The notes below the pieces were generated by a model. It ran no database searches, had not been told where the DNA came from, and saw only the letters and a program-made list of their open reading frames with translations. A stretch of 20,000 nt of DNA from the NCBI GenBank assembly GCA_026023565.1, contig JAPETS010000040.1, positions 238,968 through 258,967 on the forward strand. Reading direction: 5' to 3'. Shown piece by piece: positions 1 through 10,418 of this stretch (its first letter is position 1; every line of letters starts with the position of its first letter). Both the position numbers and the translations under genes were made by a program. Origin of the DNA: Cirrosporium novae-zelandiae. Lineage: Eukaryota.

Positions 1-1046
1 TACTTTCTCGCTACACTTTCTCGGGAAACTGTGGCCCTCCTTTCCCTCTCTTCCCCTTCTCTGGATAGACATCCGTATGGGCGAACTGATGAGCAAGTAC
101 GCGGGGGTAGCTGAGGGCTTAGCCACGGCAACGGCAACAATAATGGTTTTGAATATACAACTAGTAAGTACACCATAGGGCGATCTACGATACATTCGAA
201 GGATGAATAGAGTGATCGTTGCCGCCGGGGGCTAGTAGTTAGGGGGGTTAGTAAAAGGTTCGAGAAGTATCTCTGTCGTGCTCTAGTTTGGTTGTTGATC
301 CTTGACGTTTTTGCTGGCTGGCTGGCTGATGAGGGGGAGATCTTCTTCATGCTGCCGTTGTGGGTGTACAACTATGTACTTTGTAGAGTAGGGTGTCATC
401 TGGCTGTACATACGTACAATCATATGATATGGATACCAATATCAACATTAAACTTAAGTATGTATTGCCTAAGGCACTGGTATACAGATACATGTTAATC
501 GTAGCAAGCTCGCCCGTAAAGGCCGCACAAGCAATACTGTATCGTTTTTAAATCCCCCAAAATAGCACAAACCATGAAATCAGAGGTCCAAAAATACCCA
601 CTGAAGAAGTATGTCCTGAGGTGATTCCTAAAACCCATAAAGGACATGAAGGCATCATTGGACTTTTTATACTCCATTCCCTAGTCCATGTTACCGCCCA
701 ACACTAGACACCGAGAGAGGTATAAAAAATTAGAACAAAAGGGGAAAAAGAGGAGAAATCAGATAGCCAACCAATCCATAATGCCCTTCACGAGTGCCAT
801 ACCTAGTAGTATGATCAAAGCAGCGGCGATGCGTATAGAAAATGTACTTTTATCTAAGGACCATTACAACCAAAGTCAATAGGCCTGTCAAAACTAAGAA
901 AAAGGAAAACAACAACGTCAACCTCGTAACTAGCAAAGACCTGTTTATGGCTGTCTTTCGGTCATATCAGTGTTTCCATGATTGAAAATGTATAATTCTT
1001 TCGATTGCCAACAGCGAGCTTGCTGATTGTCTTTCCGTGTCATATT

Positions 1047-3197
1047 TTATTGAGCTCCGAAATAGTGATTAGTCACATCTTCGGACCTTCGTTCTTCCAG
1101 GGTTCCTGGCATACCTCGGAGGACTTGTATGGTGGTTAGCAAAAATACATGAAACAGTTTATAAAATGTAAGTTACCCACCTGAGTGCTCTCAATAACTC
1201 GACCAGGTGCAATATAAGATCCCGTTTTGATCGTTACTCCAGGCATTATTGTCACATTCGCGCAAATAACGCAGCTTTGTTCAATGATAACTGGAGCTGC
1301 TTGAGAAGGGCCATTGATTCCAAATCTCGCCGATTGGTTGGGCGACATTGTGTTTGCTAGTATAGTTACACCCGAACCGATTGTAGTACGGTCACCGATT
1401 TTAATTGGCGCGGCATCATGGAAACGGCAGCCTGTTTCAATAACAACATCGGTCCCGATTTGGAGGTTGTAACCGTAATCACAGTAAAAGGGGCCTTCGA
1501 CGACAGAATTATCACCCAGTGTGCCTCTCGGCAGGTCGCTGGCAGTTGGGTGTAGAATTTCTAAGAAAAGTCGGCGACAATCTGCCTTATTATTGTATGG
1601 TGGTTCGTTGTTGAAGCGCCATAATGCTTTCTTGCAGCGCTCTCGAAGCGCAAACAGCTCTTGGGAGTATGCGTGATACTGCATCCCTTTCTCCATATTT
1701 TGCCTTTCAGTTAGACTGGGTTCGGCCACTTGTGCAAGAGCCATTTTTGCCGTGGCCTGTGAACTTGAAGCACTGAGGGAAGTATTTAGTGTAGGTGGCT
1801 GCTGGAAGCGAGATGCACTTGGATAAATATCCCTTCCATCGGACTGTGGAGTGTTTGCTATTTCATGAAAGGAAGGAATGCTGGTGCGAGCTTCCGGACG
1901 CCCATATCCCGGGAGTGGGGGTGGATACTCATTCGGGCGCTGGACATTTTCTGGAGGATACGAATTGGAAGGAGCAGAGAAAGAGGGCCTTGTTGAATAT
2001 GACGTTCTTGAACTCGGAGACGTTTGATAGAATATCCCATCTTGATCGTCATTAACCATGACTGGTCTTCCTCTACTACCATCAGAGCCTCGCGCATCAG
2101 TTGGATGAGCGAAATTGGCTCCATCTGGAGTATATGTTGGTAAAGAATCTTGATAGACTGTCTTCGATGGCTGTAGAGGCATTGGTCCTCGTTGAGTGGG
2201 GGTTTTCTGGGGCATCTTCGGCTGATACCCTTCACATTTGAAATGACCACGGACACAATTTTGACCTAAAATTAATAAGCGAAAAAGTTCACCAACACAA
2301 ATTTGATCAAAATTTATACTTACAAACCGGCTTAGCTTCATCACATTTCTTCTTTCTTCGCCGGCATGTCAAACATCCAGTTTTTGTCCGATTAGCGAAT
2401 GCCCGTTTCCTTGGTTTGTCTGAATGGCCTTCAGGGTGATGATCGGGTCCATAAGCTCCATAAGATGACATGCGAGAATGGTCATCGTCGGTCTGAGGAC
2501 TTGGTTCGTTGAAACGAGCATGGTTATTTGGATAGCTTTGATTGTTAGCTTGCTGTAAAACTTCAGCAAGTCTAGCATCTGAAGGATCACTGCGGTGTTG
2601 AATGGATTGTGATGGCATGGAAGCTTGTGGTGTTGAATATGGACCCCAGGCTGGATGTGATGGCGTATGAATCGATTGGTCAGCGTCGCTAGCTGGTCTC
2701 TCGGACTCATTCTGTGTCCTCAGAAAAGCATAACTTGCCTCACGTTCTGGACTATGGGAACTGGGAGAATTGCTGTGGGTGCTAGATTCCGGCGACTTTT
2801 CTCCATCTGGGGACTTCCTGAATTCTCGAAATGGCTTTGCACCGGAGTTCGAGGCGTCGGTGTCTGAAAGTTTTCGTTTATGAGGAGATACAACGACCGA
2901 AACAGCTTGTGATGACGATGTGACGTTAGAAGTGCCATTCGAATGAGCTGTATTTTCTTTTGGCAGAGAATTTTGTCTGTCGTCATGGTGGTTTGGAGCA
3001 GACTCGTCTGTTGGTTGCTCCTCTCTTCGAGGAGGGCTTCCCGGTAAGCCATTGAGAGGACTCCTTGGTAAACCATTGGGAGGACTCAGAGCATTCCGGT
3101 CATTCACAGCCGTGAAGCCAGAATCATGGCTGTCTCTATCTCTATCCTTTCCTAGAGGGCTATTGCTGGTGGCAGGCTTGGTAACGACTGCAGCCAT
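1047..3197 (-). CDS. Zn(II)2Cys6 transcription factor fused to a C-terminal maltose/galactoside O-acetyltransferase-like (Mac + hexapeptide LbH) domain, ~680 aa
   Basis: Exon 1 is 3197-2324. A 58-nt intron at 2323-2266 (GTAAGT...TTTAG) joins the two ORFs and restores a complete cluster, CLTCRRRKKKCDEAKPVCQNCVRGHFKC, preceded by basic KPRKRAFANRTKTG. Exon 2 encodes Mac-like TERQNMEKGMQY...LRERCKKALWRFN, VEGPFYCDYGYNLQIG and hexapeptide repeats (IKIGDRTTIGSGVTI, VTIMPGVTIKTGSYI). The last exon is uncertain: branch GCTAAC at 1140-1135, donor at 1176 or 1180, AAG acceptor at 1124, stop at 1047 (or 1073; the unspliced stop is at 1136). Confidence 0.88.
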
Positions 3198-4008
3198 ACT
3201 TATTGGGCTTATAGATTAACCAGTGACTCCAGGGTAAAAATGGCCAATTGAATTCTTCTATTTGATATTCTCCTTACGACGGACTTGAAGCGGGATGGTT
3301 TTCGAGTACCAAATTCGGTTGTTTCTGACCTTGATAACAACGAAAAGAGCAACTCACAAGCATCAACCCGAGGATAAGTTGAACTATGGTGATTCGTTTA
3401 CTTTATCAAGGTAGATACTTGCGAGTTATTTTCGAATTTTCATAAAATGGATGATGCTGTGATGAAATGGCGCCTGCAGCGGTTGCGAGTTGGCTGGGAG
3501 AATAGCCGGCAACAAGGTCGTAGAAAAACAACGTTAAGATCTGCAGACGCAAAAAGGTGACCAAGGAGCCGAGAGAATGCTTCAAATAATAGTCGAAGTA
3601 CTTCTCTCTTGTGCTTGAGGCTGAAAAAGAATCAATGGCAATAGTGGGAGCCGCGCGATTAGAGTCGGCTGCGGTTGATAGTACCCGAGTCGCCTTGATA
3701 AGCGGCGCTTTATTGAGGAGGGGGGGAAACTCCACTGACTGTGTCACAAACACTGTGAAGTGATTAGAGGACAAGCCTAGAATAAAGGTGATTAGAGCGC
3801 GGTTGGATTTGCAAAGATTTGAACGAGTTTGGGGGTTGTTTGGAAAGCAAAGAAGGGGAGAGAGGGAGCGACAGGCGCGCGAGAAGGCCTCGCTTATGAC
3901 TTGGATGGGGGTGTGCGGGCTGCGGTTCCGTAGATCCCTGTTCTATCTTGTCAGTGGGGCAAGCGCTGGTAGCGGTTAGTGGCTTAAAAGGACTTTTTGG
4001 GTGATACG

Positions 4009-4028
4009 CACACACAGACACACACACT
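4009..4028. repeat. Short imperfect (CA)n microsatellite
   Basis: cacacacagacacacacact. Confidence 0.7.
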
Positions 4029-5856
4029 CAACTGTAAGTACCTTAAAAGTACATTCTGTAACCTTCAGTAACCAGCTGTAACCCTGTATTTTTGGAAAGC
4101 ATAACTAACAATACGGGGTAATACAAACGATACAAACAATACAAACAGAACCAAATAAATAATATTTAACCAGCCCGCCACATCCTTGCTTCTGATTAGA
4201 CCATCTATCTGTTCTCACAACTCCCGGCCAAATCTACAGTATCAACGTCTTTTTTTTTAAAAATTCTTTCCACATGTACCTGGGTAATTACAATCATGGC
4301 CAATCTGCAGCCTAAAAAAGTTAGGAAAGTTTGGAAAGTCAGGAAACGCCAATAAAGTTTACTGAACTCAAAGCAACTTTTTAGGCTCAAAGTCACCCCC
4401 GCCATGCTTTTCTTTCAAGGGCTCTGTCTCTCCCTCCCTAAGCTCCAAACGCTTGAGGGCTTCAGCTTAAACAACACCTTGTAAGTTCCCAAAAGTAAAG
4501 AAAAAAAAAAGAATAATTAAAAAAGAAAAAGGAAAAAATAACTGAGCCTTCCCTGTTCCAGTAAGTAATAATTCTACTACTTCGGGATTCCTAGGTGCTA
4601 CTACTTCGTATAATAATTAGCCTTGGACGTTGCAACAAATCACTATTCATTAAATTGAGGTTTGTTTCACCGAGACCTTCGGTAGGCACTTATGGCCCTG
4701 TAAGCGCCGTCGCCAAATCTTTCGGAATTCATGCATTGACAGACTCTCGCGGCACCGCCTAAAGGAATCCATCATCCATCATCCACCAACGGTTAGCCAT
4801 CAACCGCAGTTAACTGCCATTCAAAACATGGTTATGGCCTGTACTTAGTCACACGCGCCTGGTGATTGCAAGTTAGTATCAACTGTGGTTGCGGCTGAGG
4901 AGTCAGCCTTAGTGATTGGAACTAGCAATCAATTGGTTCATGAATTTGTTTGCTCAGCGTCAGTTAGCAATTGGTGCGACTTGGTTAGTTACTTCAAGTA
5001 TCGCATTATGACACCTTCTTTGGTTCCGGCGGTAGTTGACCACAGCGTCATTCCAGACCTCCGCCGACAATCAACCATAGCCCCTCTGGTTGGTCGGATT
5101 CATTGCGAGAATGGGAAGGTGAAAAGCGGTGCAGGATAAAACACGAATGAGGTGCGTCATTCAGTTATAGACTATAGCAGTTTTCCAATATACCTTAATC
5201 ACTCAGACAGAGACACACAGCCTTCCGGGGATCAGCTTAACTTGATATTGACTCGGTTTCTCGGATATTCAGCCCACCATTTTTATTATTGAACCGGATT
5301 GGAGGTTGTGGGAAGGGTTAGCCGCGACTTCAGCTATGACCGACCACGGACTGGTTGTACATAGGTAACAATATAATAATTATTACGGTGAATATCACGT
5401 ATATCACCCACCATTCCTTTAATCCCTGCTTATCAAGGGAAGATGGATGATGCTTTCATCAGCCTATACCTTCTAGAGCTTGAGAGGGGAGGGGGGAAGT
5501 CTCGGCTTACTTGCAGTGGAACGAGTGGAAAAAAAGACCTTAGAGAGTTTATGGTTTGGTAGTGGGCTTTGTAGCTTGTTAGCTCCAATTTCGGATTGGG
5601 TCCAAGGGCTAAGGTGATGCAGGTGGAAAGCGCTTGGCGGCAAAAGGTTAGCGTTTATCAGGATGCGCCAGAAGTGAATTGTTGTCTTTACCAATAGCGA
5701 GGCGTAAGTGGCTCTCGATAAGTGCGGAAAGGCGGCTTGAAGGGCTTGAATCGGCTCGAGTGTTCCCTTCCCCCCCCCCACCACCCCTTGTCCCTTGTTC
5801 CTCGGAACACCCAAACGCTGGGAACCCGGGAGCCTGAGTGCCTGGCGAAAGAGCAC

Positions 5857-5878
5857 GAGAGAGAGAGAGAGAGGGAGA
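5857..5878. repeat. (GA)n microsatellite
   Basis: gagagagagagagagagggaga. Confidence 0.8.
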
Positions 5879-6653
5879 AATCAAGACTTTCACAAAGTTT
5901 AACTATTGTCCAAGTAACTACCTACCATACAGTAGTTTCCATTTCTTTCATCCCCGTCCCTGGAATGCTTTCTACATTTTAGGCAACTCTGCCGTGTAAG
6001 CTTAGGGTCATGCAGTCTTTAGACCGATTGCGATTTTCTTGTGTATTAAGGAGAGGTGATGGCCGCGCTGTATCACACCTCTAATTCAACAGTCGAGGCT
6101 ATTCGCTATTGTCTATCGCGTCTGTAAGACAAAGCCAGGCAAAAAACGGCCTGACTTTCCATCAACCGCCGAGGTAAAATACGGCAATTCAAATTCCACC
6201 TAAGTTACCAACAATCATTCATTTCTCCCCGTGGTAGTATCTAACTAATGATGTGATCTCGATTTTTTTTTGTCTTTGTCCTCCGGTGTCGAAATAGGAA
6301 TTCTTAACCCATTCTTGACTACCGTAACTGGAAATTTTGTGTTCCTCCAGAAAGCGGCCCCCAATACAATAGTCCTTTACTATACAGTCAGTGTATTTTA
6401 GTACAGGGCTGGAGATCTAAGAAGGATGTAGCGACTATCGCCTAAGCGAGCCGCTTTCGCCAATCAACTTGGCACTAACCCATAGTTGGTACTAAGGTGG
6501 GACCCCCCTCTCCCTCTTACCCATTTCTTACCCATTTTTTACCCGTCTTGACAAGCAAAACGAAAAGAAACGAAAAACGAAAAAAGAAAATAAAAAATAA
6601 AAAATAGTCTACGGAGGTAATCATGATTGGCATAACCCCATATATGACGCAAA

Positions 6654-6675
6654 ACAACAACAGCAACAACAACAA
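6654..6675. repeat. Short imperfect (CAA)n repeat
   Basis: acaacaacagcaacaacaacaa. Confidence 0.7.
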
Positions 6676-8283
6676 ATACTAACTCCAATAATCATAATAT
6701 TAATAAAATAAGATGCACAAATTTACCAAAGGGGTTTATTTATATTACAGCGTACCTACCTATCATGGATAAAGGTGTGGTTGGTGGTAAATGAGACTGT
6801 TGTTCGCTTGCCATGTTGCCGTTCACATGACCTTATGCAACGGCCGAGATGTGACCCACACAGCAGCAAGATTCTAAGAGGAGGCCCACGGAGCCTAAAA
6901 GGAAAAACGAAGGCAATCATTGACTTGGATATGGGGAGATGGGATGATTTTTCTTACCTTTTCCCACTGTGTGCATGCCAAGCCTCAACAACAAGAACAA
7001 CCTTGATCCATGATCCGAGTACCACTCCGCATCAGAGCCTCAAAGTGGCCAATAATCCGCCATCAACTTCCAAGGATCATCTCATCTCAAAGCCATCAAA
7101 GCCCAAATCCAATTTATGACAGTTCTTCGGGAATGTGAATATCAAACTTGGGTCATAGCCGTTCTTTGTCGGGATGAGGGAGACAAGGGGAAAAGGCTGG
7201 GGAACTCCCCTCTAAGATTGTCCCTTAGCTGGCCAACTAAGAGCTTGTCTGTTGTCCGTGTGCGTGAAACATGACTTTTGATGACAAGTCCAGTGCCCTG
7301 TGTGCAACGCTGTAGCGTCAAAACCACCTATCAAGTCCTTCTAGGCTTACCACTTTCCCCAGGGGAAGAGGGAAGGGCATGTCAATGACTCGTGGACCGA
7401 CATCATAGGGGCTTACTTACTCTAGCCGGCGCCTTATGGTTATCCTACCGCATCACAACTCCCTGCACAACCAAAAAGTTAAGTATCTTCCAGGAAGCTA
7501 CTCATTTACATTACATCCATAGTCTATCTCACAACAAATCTCAACCACCATCTTATTTTCCCCTCACTATTCTCAAGGATATTCATTTTCACCTCCTTTA
7601 CTTTCCGTGCTGTGGATTTGTCCTCGCTTCTGTATTTCTATATAAGACATATACAAGGCATGCTCAGTACTCGATATGAAGACATGGTTGAGGCACGGCA
7701 TCCGATAACGGAACAGTCACTTTAACTTTATCTATGTGCATGTGGCAATATACCATGTCAACGATGGATCTGCAAGTAACTTAAAGAGCGCACTTGTCTA
7801 TTGGGGAGTCTAGCTTACACTTGATGTATTGATCACCTACTCGGGAGAAAACAATTTCAACTTTACAGGAACCCCCTCCCCCACCACCATCATCTCTACC
7901 CAAAGGGTGTTCTGAAAGCAATATGCTCATTTCTAAAAAAAATCAAGGCAAAGGGGATAGAGAACAGCTTAGAATTTTTGATCCAAGTCCACCGGTAGGA
8001 CCCATGCAAATTATTCTTTTCAATCGGAGTTCGGCTAGTACTCTACACTGTCTTTCTGGCAGGTGTAATAAATGGAGGGGCCTCAACTGAAAATATTGAG
8101 GTGCTAATACTAGCTTGAATGTACATTAGATACTATCATCGTAAAGCCGTGGGAACAGAAAGTTAATGTTCTTGTGATTTGGCATGAGCGATTTAACTTT
8201 ATACCTCTGACATGGGATAGGTTACTTCGTGCTCATTATTTTGCCTCCCAATTACTGGAATGGGTATCAATATCATAAACAAA

Positions 8284-9975
8284 TCATAAACCAGACCCCT
8301 TGTTCATGCCCATGATTCGCCCGTGCCTGACCGCCCCAATACTTACTCCGCACTCGCCGGTCATCCAACCGGGCATCTTCTCACCATCGACGGCACCGCT
8401 TTCTACCAGTTGGCGGATGCCGGCGAAGATGTGAGAGCCATGGAATGTAAGGCGGACATCGGGCTTCCATGGGTTGTCAGCCGCTCCATGCTCCTCCAAC
8501 TCGGGTTGATCATCATCTACCGGCAGGCCATCGAGGAATGATCGTCTCCCTCGTTTGGATGACCTGCCTTCTTCCCCGCCTGCTCTTAAAGCTGCATTTG
8601 CCGATCCATCGTCGCCATTATCTACCTCCGCCACACTTCTACCAAATGGAAAGGGCTCTTCGAGTCTGATTTCAAGTCTGTCTAGGCCCTTCCCATCGCC
8701 AACCAACCCCGAGTTTCCAAAGCGGTTATTAGCAATACATTTTATGCGCTTAATGTTCGCTTCGTCTATAGCATTCCGTATAATAGGTTGCTCCAGCCCT
8801 GGCCGTCCCCTCTTCCTATTTCTTACTTGCCCTTGCTGGTTTCCCTCTGATATGTTCTCTTTATCTTCCCCAATCTCACTAGAGCCATAATCGATAGATT
8901 TTCGTTTAATTAAAACATGATCTAATGGCGAACAATCAGCTGTTCCGTCGGCAAATCTGTTCCAGCCCCCGGCAGCAGCATGGGCTCTGCCCGGTCCTCT
9001 CAGCTCGAGTAATGTCTCTAGGGACTTAGAGCTCAAAGATGTGGTTTGCAGCTCATAATGCCCCTCGGGATGTGAAAAAGCCTTTGGCAAAGCATTGAGA
9101 ACAACTTTCTTCAGGTTCTGACCTTCGCCGCTAGCAGCCCGACCTTGTGTAGATGACGATGAAATATAAATGTGAGGCGTGCCATCAGGGAAAGCGGCCC
9201 ATAAAGTTTTCGAAGACTCTAGTGATGACGCTTGCCTGGAGTTCCGAGTGCTGGATAGCAAATTTTGAGTATTGTATGGCGAGTCCGTAAAGTAGATGCG
9301 CAATAGTGTCAATGGCAGCTCTTTGGCACGATGCAAATAGCAATGTGCTTTCGCTAGTGGCGCTATTTCCCGTTGCAAGTTTTGTATGAATGTGGGTCCA
9401 TGGAATCGTGGCAACGTCTCGAGTTCTTCAAAGATTCTTTCACCTTTCTCCACTCCATCTGTAGACCCACCGTCAATATCATCACCTTCAGATATTACAG
9501 CAGTAATCCGCACCACTTTCACGGCCGTCCATCGCTGAACTGAAGGATGCGCCAACAAATGCCGCGACTCTGCGTCAGCGATCTGATATAGCGAAATCCC
9601 ATTTTTCCAGTCGCACTCTAGCATTCGATCTAATACCTCGCGCTTCCCACCTTTCTTCCCTTCAAAATCGCGATAGATGTCGCGTAACTCTTCTATGCTC
9701 GCCGCGGGGGTGAATCCGCCTGTATCGTATCCATCTAGTGCAACTTCGTCATAATCTTCATCTTCGCCTTGGCCAGATTCGTGCAAAAAAGGATTGCATG
9801 TAAATTGAACCTCTGGGTTTTCATGGAGCCAGGAAAGGGCAAGAGAGATCAAAGCGGGTCGGGAAAGGCGTGAGAGTGTCCGAAACACTGTGGGTGAGGC
9901 TGAGGGGAAGAGAAGGATTGATGGAAGAGCGGCGGTGGTGGGGATTGTAGGTCGTTTTCGATGGTTAGGAGGCAT
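8284..9975 (-). CDS. CHL4: Kinetochore protein CHL4 / CENP-N (Mis15) family, 563 aa, intronless
   Basis: Long ORF whose first in-frame ATG is at 9975 (MPPNHRKRPTIP). The listed upstream TTG start gives non-conserved-looking sequence. Family-type motifs: LSRLSRPALISLALSW, DWKNGISLYQIAD, AFPDGTPHIY, LSSKSLETLLELRG and C-terminal LTFHGSHIFAGIRQLVESGAVDGEKMPGWMTGE. Confidence 0.9.
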   Translation of the reverse strand: MPPNHRKRPTIPTTAALPSILLFPSASPTVFRTLSRLSRPALISLALSWLHENPEVQFTCNPFLHESGQGEDEDYDEVALDGYDTGGFTPAASIEELRDIYRDFEGKKGGKREVLDRMLECDWKNGISLYQIADAESRHLLAHPSVQRWTAVKVVRITAVISEGDDIDGGSTDGVEKGERIFEELETLPRFHGPTFIQNLQREIAPLAKAHCYLHRAKELPLTLLRIYFTDSPYNTQNLLSSTRNSRQASSLESSKTLWAAFPDGTPHIYISSSSTQGRAASGEGQNLKKVVLNALPKAFSHPEGHYELQTTSLSSKSLETLLELRGPGRAHAAAGGWNRFADGTADCSPLDHVLIKRKSIDYGSSEIGEDKENISEGNQQGQVRNRKRGRPGLEQPIIRNAIDEANIKRIKCIANNRFGNSGLVGDGKGLDRLEIRLEEPFPFGRSVAEVDNGDDGSANAALRAGGEEGRSSKRGRRSFLDGLPVDDDQPELEEHGAADNPWKPDVRLTFHGSHIFAGIRQLVESGAVDGEKMPGWMTGECGVSIGAVRHGRIMGMNKGSGL

Positions 9976-10418
9976 TGCCTTGTTATCAAGTAGTAGTAAT
10001 GCTGTAGGGATGGTAGGTGGGTTGAAATAAATAATTATACAACTACATTTTCTGTATGCGACACGATAAATCTCTAAATTATCGATGCTGGTCTTCTGCT
10101 GGTGACGAGGATCGGTAGGGTAAATAAAGGGCGAGGCGCAACGGAGGCGACAAGGATGGAGCTCTGGTTGACCGCTCAAGGGCTCTAGAGGCCGAAGGAG
10201 CCTTCACATGCTTGAATCTTGTTTGTAAGGTCTGTCACTGAGGTCACTTTGGTAGGTGGCTCAACATCATTGGAATGCATTCAATGCTAATCTTCTAGCA
10301 CGCCCAAATTTGCTTCATATCTAATGTTCTTTTTCTTCTCTTCATGGCGTCGGATGTGCGACTTACTATTCAACTCAATAATTGTTTAATTCATAGCTAA
10401 TTGCTTCAGCGCTTCAAT
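9976..10418. promoter_or_regulatory. Divergent (head-to-head) intergenic promoter region shared by CHL4 and the lipase
   Basis: Only 443 bp separate the two divergent start codons; a pyrimidine-rich tract lies at ~10326-10343. Confidence 0.6.

Noticed and set aside
1..417. Possible 5' end of a minus-strand gene (branch ACTAAC at 252-247, TAG acceptor at 232, donors at 413/417, ATG at 72 open to the edge)
   Set aside because: Only 24 codons are visible, with no recognisable homology; it cannot be supported without the adjacent sequence.
292..882. Short ORFs of 60-68 aa
   Set aside because: No motifs or coding-like composition; they lie in the probable 3' UTR/intergenic region.
1795..3076. 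Alternative-frame and antisense ORFs within the TF gene
   Set aside because: Shadows of the real CDS.
3406..7679. ORFs of 61-127 aa in the long intergenic region
   Set aside because: Mostly non-ATG starts, several cross microsatellites, and none shows a recognisable domain or transposase/RT motif.
9976..10179. 68-aa N-terminal extension of the CHL4 ORF
   Set aside because: Starts at TTG and looks like UTR; the first ATG at 9975 gives a family-like N-terminus.
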